Positions 8,216-18,329 of a DNA stretch of 38,288 bases are shown here, piece after piece. Made by a program: the position numbers and the translations under genes. Under the pieces are notes generated by a model. That model saw nothing but the letters and a program-made list of their open reading frames with translations, ran no database searches and was not told the DNA's origin. Numbering within the stretch: position 1 is the stretch's first letter; each line of letters opens with the position of its first letter. Location: the sequence record SRR31156797_9257, one strand, 5' to 3'.

Positions 8216-9049
8216 TTATTTTCTTACCAGTTCAATCTCAACGCGGCGGTTTTGGTCACGCCCTTGTTCTGTGCTGTTGGTTGCAATTGGATAACGTGAA
8301 CCGTGGCCTCTTAGCTCCATCATTTCTTCAGGCACGCCAGCCAGCATCATCCAATAAGAAACATCTTGTGCACGTCGTTTAGAGATACTTAAATTCACTA
8401 CGGTATCGCCATGACTGTCGGAGTGACCGCTGATCATGACCTTTTTAATCTTCTTATCAAACAGCACCAACTGTGAAATTTCTGCTAGCTGCTCTCTCTG
8501 CTCAGGCGTAATCGCTAATGCGCCGGATTTAAAATTAAATACGGTTTTACGCGCTTCCTGAAAGCTCACTGGCGGCAACGCAGTGGTACAAGTTTGGAAT
8601 GTACGTAGCGCTTCATCCATATTGGCCGTCGGGAACGTCACACTATGGAAGTCATCACGAATTGTCAGCCAGGCTCCGCCCATGACATCGCGGTAAACGA
8701 AATCAGCACCTTGCTGAACTTCGGCCGATTTTTTCTTACGAACAAACTCGGTCACCATAGTGGATTCATACAGGTTGTTCCCCCATACCGGTGGCTCGGT
8801 TTCAATCACCATACTGTCGTCAAACGAGCCAACACTACGACCAGAGATAACTAAAGTGATCGGCTTACCCGCCACAACATCAAACTCGGCGTTAATGCCA
8901 GAGTGCATGTCGTCCACAGATAAGTTACAGGTATCGTCTTTCTTTACCGCCTGCCAGTTCACCTCATCAAAAGGCACAACATAATCAGCAGCAGAAGAGA
9001 CAAAAGCAGCGCTAGATAGCGCTGCCATTATTAGGGCTTGGTATTTCAT
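8216..9049 (-). CDS. motY: MotY-like protein (MotY N-domain plus OmpA-type peptidoglycan-binding domain)
   Basis: Signal peptide, Cys pair, GHSD..G...N..IS..RA and N.T..GR..NRRVEI motifs; lies upstream of fliE as in lateral loci. Confidence 0.82.
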   Translation of the reverse strand: MKYQALIMAALSSAAFVSSAADYVVPFDEVNWQAVKKDDTCNLSVDDMHSGINAEFDVVAGKPITLVISGRSVGSFDDSMVIETEPPVWGNNLYESTMVTEFVRKKKSAEVQQGADFVYRDVMGGAWLTIRDDFHSVTFPTANMDEALRTFQTCTTALPPVSFQEARKTVFNFKSGALAITPEQREQLAEISQLVLFDKKIKKVMISGHSDSHGDTVVNLSISKRRAQDVSYWMMLAGVPEEMMELRGHGSRYPIATNSTEQGRDQNRRVEIELVRK

Positions 9050-9055
9050 GTTTTC

Positions 9056-9961
9056 TTATATCAAATCAAACAATGATGAACTGTTCATCACACTGGAGAA
9101 TACCGTTTGCGATGCTTGCAGAGTCGTCATACTTTGCGTTAAACGAACCGAAGCTTCCGCGTAATCCAAGGCATTAATGTCGGTTTTTACCGTCTCCGCG
9201 TAGAGTGCAACATCCGCGTTGTTTACGGCCATACGATCCAATGAATTATAATTCGCACCGAGAATGGTCACGGTGTTCAACACGTTTTTTTGTGTCGAGT
9301 TCGTGGTATCAATCGCGTTAGCTAACGCTGTTTGATAATCCGCTGTCGGACTTTTCAGCTCTGCAATTGCCGCATCCAGATGAGTGAAAAAGTCCAAGCT
9401 GCCTTGCAAGGCTTCTTGAGCGGTAAAGTTATTGTTCATAGAACCGTCTTCACTCACTTTGGTTTGACGGTGGTCAGCATTACCGCCAAATGAGTAACTC
9501 ACCGGATCCGTCGAGTCATCAACAATGATGGTTTGTTCATACACATCGGTACCAGAAAAAATATAAATCCCTTCAGATTTTTTGTTGAATGTATCTAGTG
9601 CTTGCTGGCGCAAAGACTCCAGCTCAGCCACGATACCTGCACTCGAATCTGTCGTGATAGTGCCATTACTTGCTTGGAGCAACAGATCATGAACGTCCAG
9701 TGCCAAATCATTAAATGACATCAGGTAGGTTTCATATTCGGTGTATTTCGCCTGAACGTTACCAATGTTACTGGAGTACTGTTCAGCACTAGAGATTGTT
9801 TTATCCAAGCCTAATAGCTTCATTGAACCACTAGGATCATCCGACAAACTGTTGATTTTGTTACCGGTAGAGATTTGCTCTGCTACTTTATTTATTTCAA
9901 CATTCGAGCTCATCATGGCTCGCGTCATCATCGATGAAAATTGTGAATCCGTTACGCGCAT
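9056..9961 (-). CDS. flgL: Hook-filament junction protein FlgL
   Basis: MRVT...Q.STG.KI...SDDP and YIFSGT; short 301-aa lateral-type form. Confidence 0.93.
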   Translation of the reverse strand: MRVTDSQFSSMMTRAMMSSNVEINKVAEQISTGNKINSLSDDPSGSMKLLGLDKTISSAEQYSSNIGNVQAKYTEYETYLMSFNDLALDVHDLLLQASNGTITTDSSAGIVAELESLRQQALDTFNKKSEGIYIFSGTDVYEQTIIVDDSTDPVSYSFGGNADHRQTKVSEDGSMNNNFTAQEALQGSLDFFTHLDAAIAELKSPTADYQTALANAIDTTNSTQKNVLNTVTILGANYNSLDRMAVNNADVALYAETVKTDINALDYAEASVRLTQSMTTLQASQTVFSSVMNSSSLFDLI

Positions 9962-9973
9962 AACGTTCTCCTA

Positions 9974-11350
9974 TTAAAATGAGTTCAGCACAGTGTCGAA
10001 CATCTGGCTGGCAGTCGAGATAACTTTCATGTTCGCCTGATAAGCATTCATGTACATCATCAGGTTAGCGGCTTCTTCGTCAGAGCTAACCGCACTGATG
10101 CTGTCGCGAGCGGTCTGCGCTTCGCTGATGCTGATTGACGCTGTGTTGAAATTGTTCTGTGCTTGTTGAGTCGCCACACCTACGTAACCGTTAATCGCCG
10201 CGTAAGCGTCGTAAACGTTCAGCTCTGAACCACCGATAGCAATCGCTTGGTTAGCCAAATCCGCTAAGGCAGTAGCATTGGCGCCGTCACCGACACTTCC
10301 GGTCATAGAAAACGCCAGCTCTTCAGGAGTAATACCTGTCAGGCTCAGCGAACTCGCTGGGTTCTCTGAGTCATAACTAAACAACGCTTTGCCCGGATTG
10401 CCATTCAAATCAGTGGCACTTGGATCAGTTAAAATGGCGTTTACCGCATCAGCAAAGCCCGCTGCGATGTTGTTCAGGTCTTCCATAATCGGGAAGTACT
10501 GGTCGTTTTTCAGATCAGCAATCGCACCCAGTTCACCACCTTTCGGATCATTTAACGCAACCGTCTGACCATTAAAGTTCAACACTAAATCTGTGTTATA
10601 TGCACCACCGACGGAATCATCGACCGCAATTTGAGCCACGCTTTGACCAGAAACCAGTGGCTGGCCCGATTTGGTTGATAGCTCAACCGTGCCGTCACTT
10701 TTGGTCAAAACGTTCAAGCCAATGGTTTTAGAAAGCTCATTCAATTGCAGATCCATGGCATCTTGCAGGCTTGCGATATCTTGCCCTTGCCCCGATGCTG
10801 CGCGGATTTGCTCATTCAGTTTTGCTACGTTATCAAGCTGACTGTTCAGTGACTCAATCGCCTGATTCTGAGATTGCATCAATGTGCTGAGTTCACTTTC
10901 AATCTGGCTCATGGTGCCATTAAAGCGTGAAGCCAAGCTTCCTGCTGTTGTTAGAACCTGATTTCGGTAAACCAACGATTCAGGGCTTAATGTTGCTTCA
11001 TCCAATGCGGCGAAAAGTTCATCGAAACCCTCACTGATGTTCAAACCTTCCATACCCAGTACATTTTCAATACCCTGCATACCAACCATGTAGGTTTGTG
11101 TGTACTGCATATCCTGACCAGCTGTGCGCAGACGGTTAATCGCCGCTTGATCAGAAACACGACGAATACTGGCAACCGTGACACCGTCACCCGCACCATA
11201 GTTGCCCGAACCACCGTAAACGACAGTTGCCTGATCCACCACTTTGCGGGTGTAACCCGTTACTGTCATATTCGCGGTGTTTTGCGCTGTCACATTCATC
11301 GCAATTTGGTTGGTCATCAAACCAGACAAACCAATGTTATACATACTCAT
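9974..11350 (-). CDS. flgK: Hook-filament junction protein FlgK
   Basis: GLSGL...NTAN....GYTR and S.VS.DEEAANLM.Y..AYQAN; short 458-aa form. Confidence 0.95.
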   Translation of the reverse strand: MSMYNIGLSGLMTNQIAMNVTAQNTANMTVTGYTRKVVDQATVVYGGSGNYGAGDGVTVASIRRVSDQAAINRLRTAGQDMQYTQTYMVGMQGIENVLGMEGLNISEGFDELFAALDEATLSPESLVYRNQVLTTAGSLASRFNGTMSQIESELSTLMQSQNQAIESLNSQLDNVAKLNEQIRAASGQGQDIASLQDAMDLQLNELSKTIGLNVLTKSDGTVELSTKSGQPLVSGQSVAQIAVDDSVGGAYNTDLVLNFNGQTVALNDPKGGELGAIADLKNDQYFPIMEDLNNIAAGFADAVNAILTDPSATDLNGNPGKALFSYDSENPASSLSLTGITPEELAFSMTGSVGDGANATALADLANQAIAIGGSELNVYDAYAAINGYVGVATQQAQNNFNTASISISEAQTARDSISAVSSDEEAANLMMYMNAYQANMKVISTASQMFDTVLNSF

Positions 11351-11352
11351 TG

Positions 11353-11934
11353 TTATACACTCCCCACTGCTTGACCTGACAACTGTTGATACAACATTTC
11401 AGCAAGGCCAAATGAGCTTTGTTTGGTCACGGAGATGGCTATTTGATTATCGAGTAAGCCTTGAAACATCCCGTTAGAATTATTTGATAATGGGTTCTCT
11501 TCGTCACCCAGTGCTTCCGTCGCTGTTCTCATACGCTTAAACATTTCCTGAACGAATATAGCTTCGAACTGTTTAGAAACCTCTCGCAGGGCGGCGTCTT
11601 CATCGTCGTGATACTTAAGAGAGTTCAGTGACGTTGGGTCAAATTGCAGTGCTCTATTGTCATCAAATTTGACTGACGACAAATCCCCCGCAGACACCAA
11701 CGCTCCATCATAAAGTGACGCCATATTTTCGTTTAGCGACGAAGCCATTAACTGCTGTGCTGTACTAGTAACATGCTCAGCAGAGTTTGATAATGGCTCT
11801 GACACAGAAGCAGAAATCATTGAAGAATAATCAGCAATGCCTGACACCTGAGATGGATTGCTGCTGATATTTTCCACGTCACTGGTGGACGTTATGGCTT
11901 TTGTTGAATCAACGGCCAAAATCGGATTTGTCAT
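11353..11934 (-). CDS. flgJ: Rod cap FlgJ (rod-binding domain only)
   Basis: ALREVSKQFEAIFVQEMFKRMR...LD.QIA...GLAEMLYQQLS; no muramidase domain. Confidence 0.88.
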   Translation of the reverse strand: MTNPILAVDSTKAITSTSDVENISSNPSQVSGIADYSSMISASVSEPLSNSAEHVTSTAQQLMASSLNENMASLYDGALVSAGDLSSVKFDDNRALQFDPTSLNSLKYHDDEDAALREVSKQFEAIFVQEMFKRMRTATEALGDEENPLSNNSNGMFQGLLDNQIAISVTKQSSFGLAEMLYQQLSGQAVGSV

Positions 11935-13058
11935 TAGATCACCACCAACTCACCGTTAATCGCACCGACTTCATCCAATGCCTGTAGGATCTGCATTAAT
12001 ACCGTTGGTGACGCGCCAATTTTGTTCACCGCGTCCACGATTTCCTGAAGCTGAGTGCCTTCCGGCCACACCATTGCGCCGTTATCGACTTCTGTAATAC
12101 TAATGTTTGAATCGTTGACAACCGTGGTTTGACCCGGAGCATTAAAACTGCCCGCAGAATTTGGCTGAGAGACATATTGATCTTCACGAATCGAGACGGT
12201 TAAACCGCCTTGAGAAACAATCGCTTCACTTACAGTAACGCCTTTGCTCATTACAACCGTGCCAGTACGAGAGTTAAACACGATCTTCGGTGTCTCAGCG
12301 CCTTCATCGACGTCAAGCTTTTCAATCATCGACAAGAACATGATGCGGTCTTCGCTATCATGAGGTGCCGCCACTTCGACCAAACCTTTGTTAACCGCTT
12401 TTGCCACGCCGCGACCAAACGTTTTGTTGATCGCTTTTGAGATATTCAAAGCTGTTTGATAATTCGGCTTTTTAAGCTGTAGATGAAGCGTTGGATCATC
12501 ATCTTCAGCACCAATAGCTGAACGCTCTAACGTGGCACCATTTGGAATTCGAGCCGCAGTAGGTGTGTTATTCGTCACGCTTGAACCATCATTGGCAGTG
12601 ACTTTGTAGCCACCAACCACAAGGTGCCCCTGAGCAACCGCATAAACGTTACCATCGACACCTTTAAGCTCCGTCATCAATAGCGTTCCGCCTTTCAGGC
12701 TTTTTGCATCACCAATAGAAGCGACGGTAACATCCAGAGTCTGACCCGGGCCTTTGTGAGAGCTTACTACCGCTGTAACACTTACCGCGGCAACATTTTT
12801 GGTCTTTGGTTTGGTGCCATCTTCTAGTTGAACACCAAATTGCTGAACCATGTTTACAATCGATTGTTGAGTGAACTTCACCTGTGATTTATCACCGGAG
12901 CCATCCAGACCAACCACCACACCGTAACCAATTAACTGGTTAGTTCGGTCGCCATAAACATCCGTGATGTGACTGATCGGAGCCGCCATCGCTGCCCCAG
13001 AAAATAAACTGACAAACACTGCCATCATGCAGTGTTTGATATTAACTATGCGCTTCAT
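11934..13058 (-). CDS. flgI: P-ring protein FlgI
   Basis: NQLIGYGVVVGLDGSGD, KNVAAV and SIGDAKSL.GGTLL. Probable ATG overlaps the flgH stop (TAATG). Confidence 0.96.
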   Translation of the reverse strand: MKRIVNIKHCMMAVFVSLFSGAAMAAPISHITDVYGDRTNQLIGYGVVVGLDGSGDKSQVKFTQQSIVNMVQQFGVQLEDGTKPKTKNVAAVSVTAVVSSHKGPGQTLDVTVASIGDAKSLKGGTLLMTELKGVDGNVYAVAQGHLVVGGYKVTANDGSSVTNNTPTAARIPNGATLERSAIGAEDDDPTLHLQLKKPNYQTALNISKAINKTFGRGVAKAVNKGLVEVAAPHDSEDRIMFLSMIEKLDVDEGAETPKIVFNSRTGTVVMSKGVTVSEAIVSQGGLTVSIREDQYVSQPNSAGSFNAPGQTTVVNDSNISITEVDNGAMVWPEGTQLQEIVDAVNKIGASPTVLMQILQALDEVGAINGELVVI

Positions 13059-13753
13059 TAGAACGGCATCCACGGAGAATTAAAGAACTGTGTTAACCAA
13101 CCGGCAGAGTTCGTATCAGCAAACGTGCCTCGCCCGGAATACGTAATTCGGGCATCGGCAATACGTTGTGAAGAGAGCGTATTGTCAGAGCCGATATCAC
13201 TGGCGCGGACGTTACCGGTTAATCGGATGAATTCGTCACCCTGATTCAACTTCAACCACTTTTCACCACGAACACGCAAAACACCATTGGGCATAACCTG
13301 ATAAACCGTCACAGTGATCGAGCCACTCAAACTGTTACCTTGTTTTGAAGCTGCGCTGCCACTGAAATCACGATCACCATCAACGCTGGCACCAAATCGA
13401 TCATAGGTTCTGTTGCCAATGGTCGGAACACTCAATGATGCGCCAGAGCTCTTACCGTACTTCGTCGTTGCGCTCTTGTCTGATTCTGTTTTCTCGTCCA
13501 GAAGGACCGTTAAGATATCGCCAACACGATACGCTCGGCGGTCTTGAAACAGCGTCATTGAAGCGTTACCAGCGTATAAACTGCCTTTACTCACGCGCTC
13601 TACTTCGTAATTCAACTCCGGTGGCGCATACGCTTCGTCATCCGGTTTTGGCGGAATGAAATCATCGGTACGGCCAGCACATCCCGCCAATAAAGCGATT
13701 GAGGCAATCACCATGACTTTCTTTGCGATGCCCGCGAGGTTCGTTAAACACAT
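13058..13753 (-). CDS. flgH: L-ring lipoprotein FlgH
   Basis: Lipobox LLAGC; LFQDRRAYRVGDILTV, S.RIADARITYSG and GWL..FF motifs. Confidence 0.96.
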   Translation of the reverse strand: MCLTNLAGIAKKVMVIASIALLAGCAGRTDDFIPPKPDDEAYAPPELNYEVERVSKGSLYAGNASMTLFQDRRAYRVGDILTVLLDEKTESDKSATTKYGKSSGASLSVPTIGNRTYDRFGASVDGDRDFSGSAASKQGNSLSGSITVTVYQVMPNGVLRVRGEKWLKLNQGDEFIRLTGNVRASDIGSDNTLSSQRIADARITYSGRGTFADTNSAGWLTQFFNSPWMPF

Positions 13754-13769
13754 ACAGCTAACCTTTTAC

Positions 13770-14555
13770 TTAGGTGTGATTAGCAAGGTATTGCAGCATG
13801 TTGTCCGCCGCACTAACCATTTTTGCGCTCATCTCGTACGCACGCTGAGTCGAGATCATGTCCACCATCTCTTCAACAACTTGCACGTTCGATGTTTCTA
13901 AAGCGCCTTGCTTAATGAAACCTGCGCCTTCTGTACCTGCGGCCAGTTCCATCGCTTCACCAGAAGCTTCCGTTTCACCCAGTAAGTTACCGCCAAGTGC
14001 TGTTAAGCCCTGAGGGTTCATGAACTTAACCAGAGTAATTTCACCCAGGTTTTCCGGCTCAGTTTCACCGCTAACCGTTGCGGTTACTGTGCCGTCTTCT
14101 GCAATTGATACTAGCGTCGCGTCATCAGGCACCGTAATTTCAGGCTGCAGTAAGTAACCCTGATTGTTCACCAGTGAGCCATCCGCATTCACATGAAACT
14201 CACCGTTTCGTGTGTACAGCATTTCACCATCAGGGCCTTCAATCTGGAAGAAACCGTCTCCCATGATCGCTAAATCATATTGTTGCGAAGTATTGTTAAT
14301 GTTGCCTTGAGTAAAGACTTTCGCCGTTCCCGCAACACGCACACCGTTACCTAACTGGATACCCGTTGGGTGAACGTTAAGGTCTTCAGTACCTGTACCT
14401 GCTTGTTTTTCGATCGCGTAAAACAGATCTTCAAACTGTACTCGGTCACGTTTAAAACCCACCGTGTTTACGTTAGCAAGGTTGTTCGAAATAGCAGTCA
14501 TTTTTGAATCTTGAGCTGCCATACCGGTTTTTGAAATCATTAATGCGCTATGCAT
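13770..14555 (-). CDS. flgG: Distal rod protein FlgG
   Basis: ISNNLANVNT.GFK, FEDLFY and LE.SNVQVVEEMV.MI..QRAYE motifs. Confidence 0.96.
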   Translation of the reverse strand: MHSALMISKTGMAAQDSKMTAISNNLANVNTVGFKRDRVQFEDLFYAIEKQAGTGTEDLNVHPTGIQLGNGVRVAGTAKVFTQGNINNTSQQYDLAIMGDGFFQIEGPDGEMLYTRNGEFHVNADGSLVNNQGYLLQPEITVPDDATLVSIAEDGTVTATVSGETEPENLGEITLVKFMNPQGLTALGGNLLGETEASGEAMELAAGTEGAGFIKQGALETSNVQVVEEMVDMISTQRAYEMSAKMVSAADNMLQYLANHT

Positions 14556-14575
14556 AATCTACCTATAAATTCTTG

Positions 14576-15310
14576 TTACGCTTTCAGCAACTGATTGCCA
14601 AGCTTGTCAATTTCAGATGCTGTCGCCATTGCTTTTACTTGCATTTCATATTGGCGAGAGAGAGACATCATGCTGACCAACTCTTCTAAGCTGGAAACGT
14701 TGCTCGACTCCAAATACCCAGAACGCACTTTCACATCGGGATCAGCAGCCAAGGTGTTGCCATCTTTGGCGACAAACAGACCTGATTTATCTAATGTCAT
14801 TGCAAAGTAATCAGGATTGACGGTTTTTAATGTGTCGATTTCCATCTCAGCACCACCGCCCGGAGGCGTTATGCTCAACACACCGTCAACGGAGATGTTG
14901 ATCGCCTGATACTCAGGAACCACAATCGCGCCACCTTCACCCATGACCTGACGATTCCCCAACATTAGGTTACCTTCCGGCGTTAACATGAAGTTGCCAG
15001 CGCGGGAATACAGTTCTTCCGGCTCACCATCTCGGCCTTCTAAAGCAAAGAAACCCGTGCCGTTGATTTGCACGTCGAGCGCGCGGTCAGTACGAATTTC
15101 TGTACCATGAGCAAAGTTGTTGGTCGCTGAGTTAGTACGTGTGGTTGTAGACGAAGTAAAACCCGAACCCTCGACGCTCATCGGAGACGAGTGTTCCATG
15201 ATGGCTTTAAAGCCCACGGTATTAACTTGTGCAAGGTTGTTGGCTCTTACTTCTTGAGCCAACATCACACGTTCAGCGCCTTTCGCAGCGGTAAAAAGAA
15301 TCGGATTCAT
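14576..15310 (-). CDS. flgF: Proximal rod protein FlgF
   Basis: ANNLA..NT.GFK, YSRAG and LESSNV motifs; position in operon. Confidence 0.94.
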   Translation of the reverse strand: MNPILFTAAKGAERVMLAQEVRANNLAQVNTVGFKAIMEHSSPMSVEGSGFTSSTTTRTNSATNNFAHGTEIRTDRALDVQINGTGFFALEGRDGEPEELYSRAGNFMLTPEGNLMLGNRQVMGEGGAIVVPEYQAINISVDGVLSITPPGGGAEMEIDTLKTVNPDYFAMTLDKSGLFVAKDGNTLAADPDVKVRSGYLESSNVSSLEELVSMMSLSRQYEMQVKAMATASEIDKLGNQLLKA

Positions 15311-15312
15311 AA

Positions 15313-16521
15313 TTAAACTGCGTTAAACAGCGACTGCATCAATTGGTCAGCCGTAGAGATTGTTTTTGTGTTTGCCTGATAGTTACGCTGCGCTGTCATC
15401 AAACTGACTAGTTCACCCGTCAAATCAACGTTTGAACTTTCAAGTGCGCCTGACGCTAACTCACCAAATTGACCCGAACCCGGAACACCATATACAGGGT
15501 TACCTGATGCGAATGTTTGAGTCCAAGACGTGTTGGATGATTGCAGCAACTCTTGAGGTGCGGTGAAGTTAGCAAGAACCAACTGACCTTGAAGCAGAGA
15601 CTGACCGTTGCTGTATGTCGCGTAAACCATACCGTTTGATTCAATACGGATATCGGCAAAGTCACCGGCTGTGTAGCCGTTCGCGCTGTTTTGTGATACC
15701 ACGAAGTCACTGCCATATTGGCTCATAGAAGAAATATCTACGTTGATAGATAGAGCATCCGCACCAGCTGCATTTGCTGCTACTGTATAAGATGTCGCTG
15801 ATGTGAGTTTACCTGAGTTGTCAAACGTTACCGGTGACACTGTGGTAGCTGTTGCAGTATCGCCATCAACGATCGCATGAATCTGCCACTCTACATCACC
15901 AGTACCATTTTCTGTTTTTACAAAATACTGAGTTAACGTGTGCTCATTACCTAGCGAGTCATAAACAGGTGTTGTATATGAGTTGGTATAAGAGTTTGAG
16001 TCTGCTGGGTCAAACGGGTTTACTGTTGTATCAATGATATCTGCGCGAGCATCAAGGTTAGACGTAAACGTCATGCTGTCTGTCGCCTTTGCAGGTAAAG
16101 ACGCACTGTCGACTTGCAGATTGTCCATTGAACCTTCTTGCAATTGGTTGTCACCATTTACGGTATAACCCTGAAGGTATCCACCAGTATTCGACACGAT
16201 GTAACCGTTAGAATCCATAGCGAAAGCACCGTTACGGGTATAGCTCATCTGACCGTTGCCTTCTTGTACGACAAAGAAGCCACCGCCAGTTAACGCCATA
16301 TCTAAAGAACGACCCGTACCAGAAATAGAACCTAATGAGTCAAAGTTCTGGCTGATACCGTTCACTTGTACACCACCAGCTTGGTTACCGTTATAAACCG
16401 AACCGAACTCAGTACGCGACTCTTTAAAGCCAGTAGTACTTGAGTTTGCGATGTTGTTTGAAATTGTATTTAGCTCTTGGTTAGAGGCATTCAGGCCACT
16501 TAGGGCGATATTAAAGCTCAT
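15313..16521 (-). CDS. flgE: Hook protein FlgE
   Basis: MSFNIALSGL, ISNNIANS.T.GFK, VYDSLGN.H and LESSNVDL..ELV..M.AQRNYQAN. Confidence 0.97.
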   Translation of the reverse strand: MSFNIALSGLNASNQELNTISNNIANSSTTGFKESRTEFGSVYNGNQAGGVQVNGISQNFDSLGSISGTGRSLDMALTGGGFFVVQEGNGQMSYTRNGAFAMDSNGYIVSNTGGYLQGYTVNGDNQLQEGSMDNLQVDSASLPAKATDSMTFTSNLDARADIIDTTVNPFDPADSNSYTNSYTTPVYDSLGNEHTLTQYFVKTENGTGDVEWQIHAIVDGDTATATTVSPVTFDNSGKLTSATSYTVAANAAGADALSINVDISSMSQYGSDFVVSQNSANGYTAGDFADIRIESNGMVYATYSNGQSLLQGQLVLANFTAPQELLQSSNTSWTQTFASGNPVYGVPGSGQFGELASGALESSNVDLTGELVSLMTAQRNYQANTKTISTADQLMQSLFNAV

Positions 16522-16538
16522 AATTAAACTCTCTAAAA

Positions 16539-17222
16539 TTAACTACTTTTCTCGCCGAAAGAGGCAATTTCGTAAAATGGGATATCACCGATACCGTTAA
16601 TGCTGACGACACTTGAGCCACCTGTAGATGGAATAGAAACCATCTCAACTTTTCCTTTTAAAGTGATCTCAGGAGCATAAGACTGACCTTCATCCAACAG
16701 AACTGCCATCGAGTAATTACCCTCTAAGCCTAATGCTGCGGTATCAATAGAAAAATCTATCGAACCTGAAGGGTGGCTTCCCAAAGCGATGTTAGTCACG
16801 TTGCCTTGCTCATCCGTCAGTTCAAGCGTCACAGTGTTAGATGGGGAAGTCAGTTCGATTGAACCATCAAACACTGTCTCGCCATCTGCTTTTAAGCTGT
16901 CTGTACGAACCGCCACGGTTTGGCCAACCAAATCTGCTGTGGTTAATACTTGCAGGTTATCCATCATGATTGCGTTGTTGTTCAAAATGGTAACCATGTT
17001 TTCAGTACTCTGCACCTGAGCAAACTGTGCCAATTGAGATACGTATTCAGTACCGTCTGCAGGGTTTAACGGATCCTGATTTTGAACCTGTGCCACCATC
17101 AAGGTAATAAACTGGTTGTACAGTGCATCTGCACTATTTTCGTTTGAGGTTACTGTGGTTGCAGATGTTGCAGCCGAAGTAACCTGAACGCTTGTATCCG
17201 CACCTGCTACTACTGTCGTCAT
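16539..17222 (-). CDS. flgD: Hook cap FlgD
   Basis: F..LMVAQ..NQDPLNP.D...Y.SQLAQF motif. Confidence 0.95.
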   Translation of the reverse strand: MTTVVAGADTSVQVTSAATSATTVTSNENSADALYNQFITLMVAQVQNQDPLNPADGTEYVSQLAQFAQVQSTENMVTILNNNAIMMDNLQVLTTADLVGQTVAVRTDSLKADGETVFDGSIELTSPSNTVTLELTDEQGNVTNIALGSHPSGSIDFSIDTAALGLEGNYSMAVLLDEGQSYAPEITLKGKVEMVSIPSTGGSSVVSINGIGDIPFYEIASFGEKSS

Positions 17223-17225
17223 TGA

Positions 17226-17651
17226 TTACACCTCCCAAATGCGCATCAGAGACTGTTGCATAGCTTTCACATTGCTCAGTACTTCAACGTTGGCTTCAAA
17301 ACTGCGGGTTGATGACATCATGTCTGCCATTTCATTCACAACATTAATACCAGTGTGGTAGACATAACCTTGATCGTTTGAGAGTGGATTGTTGGGCTCA
17401 TAACGAGTTTGAGCTAAACCATCCACCTCAATCACATCAGCAATTTTTACCGGTACTAAACCTTGATCTTTTTGCGCTGCTGATAATGAGTTGAATGCCG
17501 CCGAAAACACCGGCTTTAGAGGCTTGTAAACATCATTAGGATTACTTGCCACAGAGTCCGCGTTCGCTAAGTTGCTTGAAATGGTGTTCAAGCGAATAGT
17601 TTGCGCTGTCATGGCTGAGCCAGATGTTTCGTAAATGCCAGTAAAAGACAT
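17226..17651 (-). CDS. flgC: Proximal rod protein FlgC
   Basis: AQ..RLNTISSNLANADS, YEPNNP and NVV.EMADM....RSFEAN. Confidence 0.96.
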   Translation of the reverse strand: MSFTGIYETSGSAMTAQTIRLNTISSNLANADSVASNPNDVYKPLKPVFSAAFNSLSAAQKDQGLVPVKIADVIEVDGLAQTRYEPNNPLSNDQGYVYHTGINVVNEMADMMSSTRSFEANVEVLSNVKAMQQSLMRIWEV

Positions 17652-17696
17652 ATTGCACCTTAAATTAAAATACTTAGGGTTCTGGGTTCAGAACGA

Positions 17697-18044
17697 CTAT
17701 TGACCTTCAATGGCTCTTTTCAGCCCAGACACTTTTGATTTCAGGAACTGTAAACTTTGGTGATACTCCATACTGTTCTGTGCAAACCGAGCTTGCTCAG
17801 ATTGCAGCTCAACCGTATTGCCATCGCGTGAACGCTGCACAGGGATACGATACAAAGTATCGGTTTGAATTTGTGTTGATGACGTGCCGCCAATTTCAGA
17901 CATCACAGCATTAAACGTAATATCTTTTGCTTTGTAGTTTGGTGTATCTACATTGGCGATATTCGACGCTAACACAGCCGTACGTTCAGTACGGAACTGC
18001 AACATCGTAGGGTGAATACCTAATGCATCATCTAAACTAATCAT
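17697..18044 (-). CDS. flgB: Proximal rod protein FlgB
   Basis: LASNIANVDTPNYKAKD and DGNTVE...E...F..N...Y motifs. Confidence 0.96.
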   Translation of the reverse strand: MISLDDALGIHPTMLQFRTERTAVLASNIANVDTPNYKAKDITFNAVMSEIGGTSSTQIQTDTLYRIPVQRSRDGNTVELQSEQARFAQNSMEYHQSLQFLKSKVSGLKRAIEGQ

Positions 18045-18135
18045 GAAGTGACTTCTTTGTTCCTGAAATTAATTTCTATATTGTGATTTTTGAATTCACA
18101 CAGTGAAATCAACACCACTTTATCTAATGATGTGT

Positions 18136-18178
18136 ATTATAAATAAATAGCCAAAGAACGAGTGTAGGAATAATCTCA
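18136..18178 (-). promoter_or_regulatory. Putative activator box plus sigma70 -10 for the flgB operon
   Basis: Minus strand TGAGATTATTCCTA (18178..18165), N23, TATAAT (18141..18136); no recognisable -35. Confidence 0.6.
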
Positions 18179-18233
18179 AACTAGTTCGTAGTTCTTCCTA
18201 ACAATCCTTACATAGCAATATATTATGAATAAT

Positions 18234-18276
18234 TAGGGCTATTCCTATTTGAAGTAATAATCGCCTTATGTATAAT
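18234..18276 (+). promoter_or_regulatory. Putative activator box plus sigma70 promoter for the fliM operon
   Basis: TAGGGCTATTCCTA (18234..18247), N23, TATAAT (18271..18276); TTGAAG -35 at 18249 with a 16-nt spacer. Confidence 0.62.
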
Positions 18277-18329
18277 CGCCGCCCTATTTCCGAACCTCAT
18301 AATTCGATTTAGTTCTTTGGAGTATTTTC

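Noticed and set aside
18082-18100. TGTGA...TCACA CRP-like site before flgB
   Set aside because: Spacer is 9 nt rather than 6.
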